Source of the DNA: Azolla caroliniana
Lineage: Eukaryota; Plantae; Polypodiophyta
Assembly (NCBI GenBank): GCA_043228905.1
Contig: JBHGNT010000001.1
Coordinates: 27,900,001-27,964,000, forward strand
Length of the DNA stretch: 64,000 bases
Direction: 5' to 3'
A program made the translations under genes and the position numbers. This document shows positions 38,734 to 50,030 of this stretch, in pieces. Under the pieces are notes generated by a model. That model was given only the letters and a program-made list of their open reading frames with translations, had not been told where the DNA came from and did no database searches. The number at the start of each line of letters is the position of its first letter. The first letter of the stretch is position 1.

Positions 38734-39429
38734 CATAGTGACGGATGTGCTTTGTGGTCATGAGTGTATATAGAAGGGAATCTCCAAAATTTGGCAGACC
38801 TTATATTTCTATTGACATGGATTGCTGTCACTTTGGTTCACATGGCAAAGAATTTCCCATAATTGTACATTTCATTAACAAACATTGATATCCATTGAAA
38901 GTTCTATATGATATATTGATGGGTGGATTAAAGGTTAAAGTTTGTACGAAGTAAACTTTGTAACACACATTTCGAACACCTTTATGTACAAAAGCATGCA
39001 TTTGTGAAGTGGATAGAATGCTTAACATAAATTTTAAATAGCATTGGGAAGGGGGAAATGATAGTGCCTGTCCAAAGAAATTGAAGTCATACTAAATAAA
39101 TATGAAGGCTTTCCAACTTGTGGTGTATTACAACCTCTCATAACATGCTCATGCGCTTGAAAACGACAACTTTTTGTAAGCTACATGTGGGATAGAAATA
39201 CAAGACCAAACTACTAGCATATAATATGGTGGGGAATCCATCTCTCTAAGCATGTCATGGGATAGGCGAACTTACAAGAGCAAACTATTTAACAAAGCAT
39301 ACGGTGGGAAATTGATCTATCTCAGCATGTCACTCGAATAGTGTTTTATTACACAATGTTTTTCTTGAACAAACTGCAGAACACGGATGAGAGAGTGGGT
39401 AAGTCTAATGAGAAGGGCATTTTTCCAAT

Positions 39430-42400
39430 GGGAAGGAAGGAATATATGATAAATAGAAGGGAAACAGAGGAGGGCATCTCGGGAATTAAATGATCGCACT
39501 ACTAATTGACGGCGTGTGGCCCATGTGACAGAAAACACACTTAGGATGACCTTATGGAATTGTAACGGCGCACTCTGGACACACCCCGGCCGCCTAGAGG
39601 GGATATTAAAGGAATCAGATATAGTTTGCCTAGTAGAAACACACCAAAGCCCAAATAGGGGACTCCCACGAGTCGAAGGATTTCGTTGGGAGTCGGCTTT
39701 TAGACAAACCTCACGTCGATGCACTACCAGGGGATCTGGAGGTGTCGCAATATTGTTTCGGAGGGAGCTACATAATAGGATAGAAATACTGAGCACTGAC
39801 CCAGAAGCTCGTTTTATGTGGGTGAAAGTCTCCACAAGCAAGGACAAGGCAGTAATTTTCGCCATTTGTTACTTCCCCCCAAAAGGCTCTCGTTATAATC
39901 TGGCTGGCGAGGCGAGATTAGTTGATGACGGAGTGCCACATGGGCCTTCCCCATATGAACCTCTATCGGATGACATAATCCGATATTCTTCCCAAGGCGA
40001 AGTATTCCTTGTAGGAGACTTTAATGCGAGAACCCAATCCCGACAATGCACAATATTTCAAATGAATAGAAACCTAGAAATGGTAAATGTTGATCCTTCA
40101 GACATAGACACCACACGTAAATCAAAGGATCAAGGTGCAGACGCCACGAGCTTTGGCCATCATTTGCTCGAACTCGGTAGTCGGCACCAGATGGTCATAT
40201 ATAATGGTTTAGCCAAGTGGCCAGGTTCGGAAGAGCTCACATGTTTCCCACATGGAGGAGGGGAAAGCACAGTCGATTATCTAATAGGACGCCCTGAAGC
40301 CACCCACATGATTAACTCCTTCCGAGTGGCCCCATGTCCTATTGGCGCGGACCATAGTTTCTTATACTTCGAGATAAAATGCGATATCTCTAACGTCACC
40401 AACTCTAGTCAACCACGCCATGACATCACAATACATTTCACACATGAGCTCTCTGACATATATGCTCGACATGTTCAAGCCCATCTGTCCTCCCTTGATC
40501 CCTCCCTACCTTTAGAGAGCCTTAATACGAAACTCACACACATCCTTCATTCTGCAGCGGTTAGCAGCTTCCCATACACGAAACACTCCAATCAAGGTAA
40601 AGTAGGATCTATGCCACAAAATAGATGGTATGATGAGGATTGTAGGTGCTTACATCGACAACTTACAATATCGCAACTCAGTGGTAGTATTACCTCAGTA
40701 CAAGCTCGTAAAGAAATGCGCAAGATGACACGTCGTAAGAGACGAGCATGGGAGGCATCCCAATATTGGGAACTCTACCACATGCTCATGAGTAACGATT
40801 GTGCCACTGCATGGAAGAGATTACGGGAACCACGACCACAAACACCCATCGAAGATCCCGAAACTTGGCACACTTATACAGAGAGACTTTACCACATCCC
40901 AAACCAACCACCCATTCCAATGCCTTCCACACCCCGACCTACTGTGGGGACACTCTTCACGACCTCTAGGGTCACGAAGGTCATAAAGAAATTACAACAT
41001 AGGAAGTCCATGGACCACACAGGGTTGCGAGCAGAACACATCATATACGCGAGAGAGTGCCTAGCTCCCTTACTAACTCTAATCTTCAATCGTGCCCTTG
41101 CAGAGGGTTTTCCATCACAATGGACCATGAACACAGTGGCCCCCATACATAAGGGGGGGGACCCCATGGACCCAAATACTTATAGGACCATTATGATAGG
41201 TCATACCCTTGCTAAATTATATGGTGCAGTAATGGAGGCAGAGCTTAGCGAGTATATGGAGACCTTAAATCTTCGTGCACCTGAACAGGCCGGTTTTAGA
41301 CGAGCCTTCTCCACTATTGACCATATCTTCACACTTAGATGCTTAATTGACCAGACTAAGGCTCGCAAGAAGAAACTATATTGTTGTTTTGTGGACTTCC
41401 GCAAAGCCTTTGACACGGTCCCTAGAGAGCGGTTGTTTGATAGGCTTAAGAGCTTGAGGATACCAGATGACATGGTTTGGGCCATCTACGCACTATATGA
41501 ACAAGTGTCCGGGTGTGTTCGATGCCCAGGCGGCATATCCGATAGTTTCACTAGCACTATTGGTGTAAAACAAGGTTGCCCCTTATCTCCGACTCTTTTT
41601 GGGATCTACATTGATGAGATCACAGATTTTATTGCTCGTAAGGGAGGCAATGGAGTAGTCCTTGGAGATACGCAGGTGCGTATCTTGCTCTATGCAGATG
41701 ACATAGTTTTGCTCTCTGAATCCGAACACGACCTACAAAGGCACCTTAATGCCTTAGATGACTTTTGCACACAACGAGGATTGGTAGTGAATCTAGGGAA
41801 AACTAAAGTCCTTATCTTCCACACGTCGGCCCAAGTTAGGGCTAAGTGTCACCTAACTATCTCCCATAGCCCAGTTGAGGTGGTTGGATCATATGTCTAT
41901 CTCGGAGTCACTTTCAGTGCCCGCTCAGGTAAATTTTCGATGACACAAGCAGCGAAGGATAGACTTACAAGAGGACATGCATCCCTCTCACTCCTCGAGA
42001 GACAATGCCACCAAGCATACTTCCAAGAGCCACGAACTAAAGGGTGGCTCTTTGACTCATTAGTGACTCCCTCTCTCATGTATGCATCAGCGGTTTGGGC
42101 CCCAGGACTACCATCTTTCATGTGGACGCAATTAGAGAGACCATTGGTGATGATGTTATCACGCCAACTCCGAAGCAAATCGTCGATCCCACATGACATT
42201 ATTAGGGCTGAGTTCACTCTACCCCCTATGTTAGTAGAAGCACTTTTTCAACTGGTAGTCTTTATACACAGGATACATAACCAACCACTTGATAGAATAT
42301 CCCACCAAGCCTTTAAGGCTTCTCGAGCATTGTATGAGTCCGGCTATACTAGCTCATGGTATGGCATGATGGTGAGTTGGCTTCTTGCCAACGGTCTAGA

Positions 42401-43435
42401 CATTACTAACCTCCCCCCCCTCAAGTACGACCACACGAATGATAACACTTTACTCTCTCATGAGGACCGTAATAAAGTAATACGCCAAGAAATATGGCAA
42501 ATTTATACCCGGTATAAATGGCTCACCCCACTAGAGCCACTCCCATCTAAAATGTCGTACTATAAAGAACACTTTATGCACTTCTCTGAGTTAGGTTTTA
42601 TCACGCGCCCAAAATATCTAGATGTATTCTTACCACATGCACTAAGGGTTGCCATTGGTCAACTTAGAATATCATCTCACCAACTTGAGATTGAGAATGG
42701 ACGTACTAATGGAGTCCCTAGGGAGGAAAGGATATGTAGGTTATGCCACATAGAGATAGAGGATGAGTACCATTTTACATGCAAATGCCCCACCTATGCC
42801 GAGATAAGGGCAAAATACCAAGACATACTTGGTTCCTCTCCCACCCTCCCTAAACTATTAGATACACTAGATATAAAGAAATTAGGTAGATACATCTTAG
42901 AATTGAAACACCACAGAGAGAACAAATTACAAAACGTTGATAATAATGTTGCTAATGTTTACCAACATATAACAAATGAAGTTTTTCAGGAACAGGGGGA
43001 GACAATGAATGTCGACACACCTGTACCACTCGGACTTCTCCTTGATGAAGCAGAAAATCAAAGAAGAACCAAACGCCCTCGGATGCCGGGTTTCAAAGCA
43101 ACTCGACGAGATGTAGAAGCAATAAAGAAAATAAGGGAACGTGAACTACACCGCCTAGAAGCCATGGCTAGGGCACTCTATGCATCGGGACCATGGGTCA
43201 CACCCACACCAAAAACTTTTGACCTCCCACTTCTTTTTGAGAGACTTGGGTGGAAATGAGATTAGGCTTGGTGCAAAGTTTTGTACACTACTAGAACTTT
43301 CTTAGCTTAAGCTATTTTCTTTTATTTTTAGTTTTGATGATTGGATAAACACTCATCTTTTGTTGTAACCTATTTGTCTCATGGGCCAAATTTGGCCTTA
43401 GAAGACGTTAATATATCTTTCTTTCTTTCTTTCTC
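39430..43435 (+). mobile_element. LINE element extent (5' end approximate), 3' UTR ending in a (TTTC)n tail
   Basis: 3' UTR hairpin GGCCAAATTTGGCC near 43384, then ATATATCTTTCTTTCTTTC. The same 3' end is seen on - near 44160-44240. Confidence 0.75.
39516..43259 (+). CDS. Intact LINE ORF (APE endonuclease, RT, CCHC), RTE/RTEX-like; first ATG at 39546
   Basis: APE motifs WNCNG, LVETH, SGGVA, GDFNA, STVDY, ADH. RT motifs YRTI, QAGFR, FVDFRKAFDTV, GVKQGCPLSP, YADD, YLGV. Zinc motif CRLC-x7-H-x4-C. No stop over 1247 codons. Confidence 0.95.
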   Translation: MAHVTENTLRMTLWNCNGALWTHPGRLEGILKESDIVCLVETHQSPNRGLPRVEGFRWESAFRQTSRRCTTRGSGGVAILFRRELHNRIEILSTDPEARFMWVKVSTSKDKAVIFAICYFPPKGSRYNLAGEARLVDDGVPHGPSPYEPLSDDIIRYSSQGEVFLVGDFNARTQSRQCTIFQMNRNLEMVNVDPSDIDTTRKSKDQGADATSFGHHLLELGSRHQMVIYNGLAKWPGSEELTCFPHGGGESTVDYLIGRPEATHMINSFRVAPCPIGADHSFLYFEIKCDISNVTNSSQPRHDITIHFTHELSDIYARHVQAHLSSLDPSLPLESLNTKLTHILHSAAVSSFPYTKHSNQGKVGSMPQNRWYDEDCRCLHRQLTISQLSGSITSVQARKEMRKMTRRKRRAWEASQYWELYHMLMSNDCATAWKRLREPRPQTPIEDPETWHTYTERLYHIPNQPPIPMPSTPRPTVGTLFTTSRVTKVIKKLQHRKSMDHTGLRAEHIIYARECLAPLLTLIFNRALAEGFPSQWTMNTVAPIHKGGDPMDPNTYRTIMIGHTLAKLYGAVMEAELSEYMETLNLRAPEQAGFRRAFSTIDHIFTLRCLIDQTKARKKKLYCCFVDFRKAFDTVPRERLFDRLKSLRIPDDMVWAIYALYEQVSGCVRCPGGISDSFTSTIGVKQGCPLSPTLFGIYIDEITDFIARKGGNGVVLGDTQVRILLYADDIVLLSESEHDLQRHLNALDDFCTQRGLVVNLGKTKVLIFHTSAQVRAKCHLTISHSPVEVVGSYVYLGVTFSARSGKFSMTQAAKDRLTRGHASLSLLERQCHQAYFQEPRTKGWLFDSLVTPSLMYASAVWAPGLPSFMWTQLERPLVMMLSRQLRSKSSIPHDIIRAEFTLPPMLVEALFQLVVFIHRIHNQPLDRISHQAFKASRALYESGYTSSWYGMMVSWLLANGLDITNLPPLKYDHTNDNTLLSHEDRNKVIRQEIWQIYTRYKWLTPLEPLPSKMSYYKEHFMHFSELGFITRPKYLDVFLPHALRVAIGQLRISSHQLEIENGRTNGVPREERICRLCHIEIEDEYHFTCKCPTYAEIRAKYQDILGSSPTLPKLLDTLDIKKLGRYILELKHHRENKLQNVDNNVANVYQHITNEVFQEQGETMNVDTPVPLGLLLDEAENQRRTKRPRMPGFKATRRDVEAIKKIRERELHRLEAMARALYASGPWVTPTPKTFDLPLLFERLGWK

Positions 43436-43527
43436 TCTCTCGCTCTCTCTCTCTCTCTTGCATCTCTCTTTGTTCTACTCCTCTTCCCTCACTTGTCTCC
43501 TCCTCTGCCTCTACCTCTGCTGCTGCC

Positions 43528-43712
43528 ATGGCTCTTCAACGCCCTCAGACGATTCTCGACTTCTCTCCCATCGCCTCTTTCCCTTGCATCACCTCGACAC
43601 CGCCTCTTTACACAGCTAGGTCAGGGTTCTCTTTATCAGTTTCTTTTTTCATCTCTATCTCATTTTGATCTTTCCTTTCCTCTTTTTTTTTTCGTTCGTT
43701 AGTTTAGTTAGA

Positions 43713-43771
<59 letters not shown>

Positions 43772-46652
43772 CAACGTTTTGAATAGAGTGATACGTGAAT
43801 AGGGCAAAACCAAATCTAGAGAATGATTTATACCTGTATATTTCATTATCTTTGTGATGTAAATGATGAATATTGAGTGAGTTAGAATTAGAATTAGAAT
43901 TAGAATTTTTATCGTCCAGAAAGAGGTCAATTTTGACCTATGGGACCAGAGTATACATGTGTTCTTGATATGTGTCTCCTTCCTAAGAAGGGGTATTCAT
44001 ACATTGAAGCACAAAGTCTCCATGTATGAATGAAGCATACACATATGAGCTCAACCTTCTCGGTGGTTCATCGAAAGAAAGAAGAGGGAGATAGAGAGAG
44101 GTGGAGTAGTTGAGATGAAATGGGAGAATGGTTTGTATCTGTATATCCAGAGATATAAAGGAAGGAAGGAAGGAGGAAAGATATATCAATATCTACTAGA
44201 GGCCAAAAACAGCCTATTAGACAAATTGTGATTACAAAAACTAGCGAACTCATTTTATTCATACTAAAACTAAAATAAAAACCCTTCATTATCTTAGTGC
44301 ATGTGGTGAAATTATTTTTGGGATGGTTTATGAACATGAAGTGCATGGCTTATATATACGAGAGTAATGGTGACTGGGCTTCATATCCAACATTGGTCGA
44401 TGCAGTGAAATGCCATTATGAATTTTTTTAACAAGTGCCTGGATTTCCTTGTGCGGATTGGACACGGTGGATTCTACATAGAGGGTAGCATACATCTCTC
44501 TGATGTGGTTAAAATCTGGCATCTGTACAAAAATGTTCCTCACTTTCGATCTCTGCTTCATATAATTTGCAAAATCTTTCAGTTCTAGGTATGCGAAGTG
44601 TTTGTGTTGCCTCAATCTCTAGTTGATGGAAGAGAACTCTGAGTTGGTTTATTTCTTTGCGAGCACTTTGGCGCACATAGATGTCCATGTACCTCAGTTC
44701 TTGTATGAATCCATCCTCTGAAATGATCTTCATAATAAGCTGTCTTTGAGGGAAGTGGCTCCCTTTGTGAGCCAAGTCTTTTGTATGTAGATTTCCATAG
44801 GCCTTACCACCATACCTTGTTCTTTTCATAATTTTGGAGAGGTGTGCAATATTGAGAAGGTGGCAACTTCTCAATGTTGAGGCCATTGTGTATTGAATTA
44901 CTTTCTCACATGTGAATACCATGATCCTTCTGTGTGCTCTGTTGTTACCATTTGCCTCAATGCTTCAAACGCCTCATTTGTAATTCTTTGAGGTGGCATG
45001 GTTCCAATTCATTTTGGTGGTGTTCACTGTCTGAAATGATCTTTGGTGCTTTGGATGCTTTGCTATGTATAATCTGTGACAACTTCATGATTTAGTTCGA
45101 AGATGCATGGGGTGAATGCGTTTATTTGTGGAGGTTTATGAGAAGATCATCTTATCAATGAGCCCAGTCTGCATAGGGGCGTCACTCAGCTTTTCAGGTG
45201 TAATGTGTAATTCTTTGAGGTGGCATGGTTCGAATCCAGTTGATGAGGTTCACTGTTTAGAATGATCTCTTGTTCTGTGGATGTTTTATTATTTATCATC
45301 TGTGGCAACATAATGATGTATGAAGATGCATGTGTTTATTTTTGGAGATGAGAAGATAATTTTATTAAGGAGATCAGTTTGCATAGGAGCTTTGCTCAGC
45401 TTTTCCCTTGATGGTTGAGATCCAAAATCCTAATTGTTTTGAAGAAACAAGAATGCTTTGTCAAGTTTAAGATTGATGGATACGAATATGTCTACAACAC
45501 AACCTGAATTCTGGTGGCCTTGGTGTGTAGATTATATGGATATGGTTTGTATATATTATATCCTACTGATATGTCAGCGTATCTCTTGGAGTATTGTGTA
45601 GACTCTCTTTACTATACCTATAGCCCATTCAAACTCTATTTTTTTTGGATACTACACGCTACGCAGGAGTTGATGTGAGGCCAATGTGAAAGAGCCTCTT
45701 GATTGCGCTGAATCGTTTTTTGCTTTGAATCTTTCTAACTATGGTATTGCACTGATATTGCAAGTTAGTCAATCTCAAAGTTTTGTTGGTATTTTGAAGT
45801 GGGTTTTCAAGCTCTCTGTTTTAAAGAGAAGAGCATATGTCTTTTCCTTGTATGTTTAGGACCTGGGGGTCACCACTCTTGAAATTAAAATAATTAAATA
45901 TTTTTCAACTCCATTTGTCTCAATAGGGATCTATCTTAATTTATGCTATATTTTCTGATAATCACTGTCTTAATTTTACATTTTTGATGTTTGAATCCGT
46001 TTATAAGATGCAAGCCAAATGTAAAACTTTGAAGCTTTATACTTTAGGCAGGCCATAAACCAGATTGGGAGAAAACACATCGAAAGCTAATATATATTTT
46101 TATTGACTATTAGAGCAAGCTGTTTGCGAACTTAATATTTTTGTTATGAAAGTTAGGTAATGTACAATGACTTGATATGCTTTTATGTATTAAAATAATA
46201 ACCATAAAAGGCTATTGTTTGGTTCTCCTTAAACAGACTAAACAGTGACTGTTGCAATTGGTCATTTGGAGGTTTGGTTGCCTCCAGGACATTCAGAATC
46301 TCAATTAGTAAGAAACCGACGTCAAAGAGTCGGAACTCAAGGCTGGTTGTTCGAGCAGATTCTGTATGGATACGACTATTCCTTTTCATTCATCAACTAC
46401 ATTCTCAGTGCATTTCTCATGGGTGAGCTTCAAAAAAGCTTATATTATTATTTTTAGGACTATTACAACATTCTTGGTGTGTCAAAAACTACAAGCAAAT
46501 CAGAAATCAAAAGTTGTAAGTATTGGAAGTCTTAATTGTCTCTTGGCAAATATTTGGAAGGCTTAATTGGCCTGTAAAAGTGACACAGTTTTATTGATTT
46601 GTTTTCCAGCTTATCGGAAATTGGCGAGGCAATATCATCCAGATGTCAACAA
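43528..46652 (+). pseudogene. Captured 5' half of a chloroplast-type class A DnaJ gene (4 exons with introns), truncated in the J-domain
   Basis: Exons 43528-43619 (MALQRPQTILDF...), 46237-46363 (...KSRNSRLVVRADS), 46458-46515 (DYYNILGVSKTTSKSEIKS) and 46610-46652 (SYRKLARQYHPDVN). GT-AG and in frame, with the HPD motif. The next intron is cut at 46949. Confidence 0.85.
44160..45760 (-). mobile_element. Decayed, 5'-truncated LINE related to the intact LINE, inside DnaJ intron 1
   Basis: QLRVLFHQLEIE...RTERFCKL...ESEEHF matches the intact LINE C-terminus. 3' UTR and (CCTT)n tail at 44160-44240. The boundary beyond about 44950 is uncertain. Confidence 0.7.
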
Positions 46653-46953
46653 GTGAGTCTATTTTAGTCAATTATTCAGTCATGGTTGAGTCTATTTCAA
46701 ATCATGCAGCATATATGCGGCATATATGTGAAGCCTATCCTGACCAAAGGTCGTGGGGATTGTAGTAAAAGTATGGAGTGGTATGAAGAAGTTAACATGT
46801 CTGGAATGCATAGGCTCACTTCACCTCACATTCATCTACTTTATAGATCTAATAAGATTGAGAAACTTGGAAGATGTATGGATGTAACTTTGAATCAACA
46901 TTTGGTGAAAGAAAGCAATATCAGTTGAGGAAACTTGATTTTCACAACACCGT

Positions 46954-49613
46954 GATGTTATTTTTGTGGAGGATGCAATTCAGCCACTTCTTTCATGTAC
47001 TAAGGAGACATCAATTAGATCCAGAGATGTGTATGACACTTTGTTGCCTCTTTTTACAAGTGGACAACTAAGTGTTGGCCCACTTGAGGCACCTTCTCAG
47101 CCTTTGAGCGCTACTCATAATGATGCAGATCATTCCATTTCTGATGCAGATAATTCTATTTCTGATGCAAACTTACATGATGCATTTATTAATGAGAGGG
47201 CTGATATAGAGGAGGCAAAGACTGTGCCTAAATGGCTGTTGCAAACTTTGCAAGATAGCAAATTAGATGTTACTTTGTCATATCATACTCGTTCAGGTTC
47301 TCATAGTGCTTCTTTTGCATCAGATTGTTATGCTATGGCTGCCTCTAGTCTTTGTGATGAGAATGAGCCAGTTTCTTTTGATGAAGCACAAAATTCAGAA
47401 AATTGGATGGCTGCTATGCAATCAAAATATGAAGCTATTATGAAGACTGGTATATGTCTTTATGTGACTTGCCTCCTGGCAAGAGGGCTATTGGCACTAA
47501 GTGGGTATATAAGCTGAAGCGTAAACCTGATGGAACAGTTGACAGGTATAAGGCTAGGCTTGTTGCGAAAGGTTATACCCATAGATTGACACATGCGTGA
47601 TATTCGTGATATTCTCCATGCGCAATATTCTCTATATTCGAGAATATAAAATGGCCCTAAGAATATTAAAAAACCATTTGTTTTGCAAAATAGATATAAA
47701 ATATTTATTTATTTATTTAAATAAATTTATTTTACCAAAAAAAGAACAATTATTCATTAATAGATTATAGTGTCAAGAGAGTTTATGAAACTTATTTTAA
47801 TTAATCAATTTTTAAAAAACGAATATTTTTATATTTACTATACAAATATGATTAGTATAAACTTTGAATATATGATTAGTTTGAAGTACTATTTTTAATG
47901 TCAAAATAAAAATATCCATAAATTTTGAGGGAATAAAAAGTGAGAAATTAATGAGCTTTTATTTTATTTATTAAAAATAAAATAAATACTTATAATTTAT
48001 AAGTTATACATTTATTATAAAAATTTAGTAATGACAAATCCCCAAGTCCCTCTTTTATTATCCCTATTTATTGTCTAAGTTCCTTTTTTTTATCCTAGAA
48101 AATTAAAAAAGACAAAGTTTTTTTGTTTTTTGTTTTAGTTAAATGAATACTTGACCACATATTCGTATTCGTATTCATTTGCATTCGAATGGGAAACCCG
48201 ACGAATGCGAATATGTCAATCTATGGTTATACCCAAGAAAAAGGCATTGATTTTGATGAGAACTTTGCTCCCACCTGCCGTATGACTAATGTTCGTAGAA
48301 TCTGTGCAATTGCAGCTCATCGTGGTTGGAATGTACATCAATTGGACATTAAAACAACATTTCTAAATGGTGATCTTCACGAGGTGTATGTATCTCAGCC
48401 CCATGGTTTTGTGCAGAAAGGGCACAAATACAAAGTGTGCAGGTATGGCTTGAAGCAAGCACCACGTTCTTGGTATGAAAAGATACATGCCTATTTGATT
48501 GCATTTGCGTTTGAGAATAGTCCAACTGAAAGCGCCTTATATGTTAAGCGTGCTGATGATGAATTCCGAATCATGGTTGTGTATGTTGATGATATGTTGC
48601 TCATTGGTCCCAAGGAGAAACACATTGCTGTCTTTAAGGCTGATTTGCATGCCTCTTTTGAGATATTAGATTTGGGACATTTGCATCATTATTTGGGCAT
48701 TCAATTTATGCAAGTTGATGGTGGAATAGCTTTGTGTCAATCGAAATACATTGAGACATTATTGCATCATTTTGGCCTTGAAGATTGTAAACCTATTGCC
48801 AATCCCATGGAGACAAGTTTACGTGAGCCTTCATGATGTTGGAGATGCATTTGATGTTATTCTCTATCAGCAGGCAGTTGGATGTTTGATTAACTTATGC
48901 ATAACCCAACCTGATATTCAGTTTGTTGTCACTCAGATGAGCAGGTTCATGCATTGCCCAGGAGTTAAGCATTGGCAAGTAGTTAAGCACATCCTTCACT
49001 ACTTGGGTGGTACCCGGTCACTTGGATTGTTTTACCCCAAGGGGGGAATCACTACAGCCAGACCTGCATGCTTTTTCTAACTTTGATTGGGCTGGATGTT
49101 ATGACACGTGTGTCCATGAGTGGTTTTTGCTTCATGCTTGGTAGCTCTTGCATATCTTGGTTGAGCAAGAAGCAACCTACTATGGCCACTTCCAGTTATG
49201 AGGCTGAGTATAGGGCAGCTTTCACAGATACCGTTGAGTGTGTGTGGCTTAGATGCCTTTTAGCTGATTTGGGTGTTGGTCAGTCTTCTGCCACCACCAT
49301 CTTCACTGACAGTCAAAGAGCAATGGTAGTTGCGAGAAACCCTGTGTTCCATGCTCGCACTAAGCATATTGAGGTGCATTATTACTATGTCAAGGAAAGG
49401 TTCTTTGCTGGAGAGATCAGTTTGGCTTATGTGCCCACACATGAGAACATTGTAGACCTCTTCACAAAGGCTATGCCTAGGGAGAAGTTTGAAGCTTTCT
49501 GCAAAGCTTTAGGCCTACTCCCATTTGTGGATTGATCTCTATCCACATAGCTTGGCACTTGCTTAACCATGAGTGCCAGCTCCTTGTTCACCGCATCACT
49601 CCCAAGGGGGATT
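46954..49613 (+). mobile_element. Ty1/Copia 3' half (integrase tail, RT, RNase H, PPT), degenerate
   Basis: DVIFVE, EPVSFDEA, YKARLVAKGYTQ, HQLDIKTTFLNG, YGLKQAPRSW, YVDDML, RNase H ISWLSKKQ...EAEY...HARTKHIEV. PPT AAGGGGGATT at 49604-49613. Confidence 0.92.
47580..48225. mobile_element. AT-rich hAT MITE inserted in the Copia RT
   Basis: TIRs CATAGATTGACA / TGTCAATCTATG. 8-bp TSD GTTATACC at 47572-47579 and 48226-48233. Removal restores KGYTQEKG. Confidence 0.95.
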
Positions 49614-49760
49614 TGTTGACATAGTTTGGTAGTGATGTGTGTGAACAGACTTGGGACAATGATTTGTGAACACACTTAGGACCATAGGGACATTTTTTTT
49701 CCCTCTTTAGGAGGTTTTTTCCCCCTGTCTATAAATACGCTCATAACCCTAAAGTGGAAA
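49614..49760 (+). mobile_element. Start of the Copia 3' LTR (end not resolved)
   Basis: TGTTGAC directly after the PPT and CTATAAATA near 49729. No matching 5' LTR was recognised. Confidence 0.55.
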
Positions 49761-49841
49761 ACTTTTTTGTGATTCAAAACAAGGACCCAACATCCTCTAA
49801 ACTATGAATCATTGAAATATTGACTTCATCATTTTAAGAAT

Positions 49842-50030
49842 TTTAGATCAAGGCATATTTTAACATTTTAATCAAATTATTTTGTGTTTTCCAGATTCAT
49901 TAGAAATTACGGTAAAACTATTTACCTTTAATCATTTCAGAAAATTTAGATCAAGGAATATTTTAACATTTTGATCAAATTATTTTGTGTTTTCCACATT
50001 CATTAGAAATTACAGTAAAACTATTTAGCT
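49842..50030. repeat. Tandem duplication of about 103 bp
   Basis: TTTAGATCAAGG(C/A)ATATTTTAACATTTT...GTAAAACTATTTA occurs twice. Confidence 0.85.

Larger units (their letters stand above)
37965..46949. mobile_element. Ginger/GingerRoot-like non-autonomous, gene-carrying element (TGT...ACA ends, 4-bp CCGT TSD)
   Basis: CCGT|TGTCGTGA ... TCACAACA|CCGT (37961-37964 and 46950-46953). Removal restores the Copia integrase ILIS-R-DVIFVE. No LTR pair and no transposase. The superfamily assignment is inference. Confidence 0.7.

Noticed and set aside
39360-39432. Heat-shock element and CCAAT box as the captured DnaJ promoter
   Set aside because: Only two nGAAn units are in register, too weak to call without the parental locus.
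39317-42217. Minus-strand ORFs overlapping the LINE
   Set aside because: Antisense shadows of a long coding frame with no motifs.
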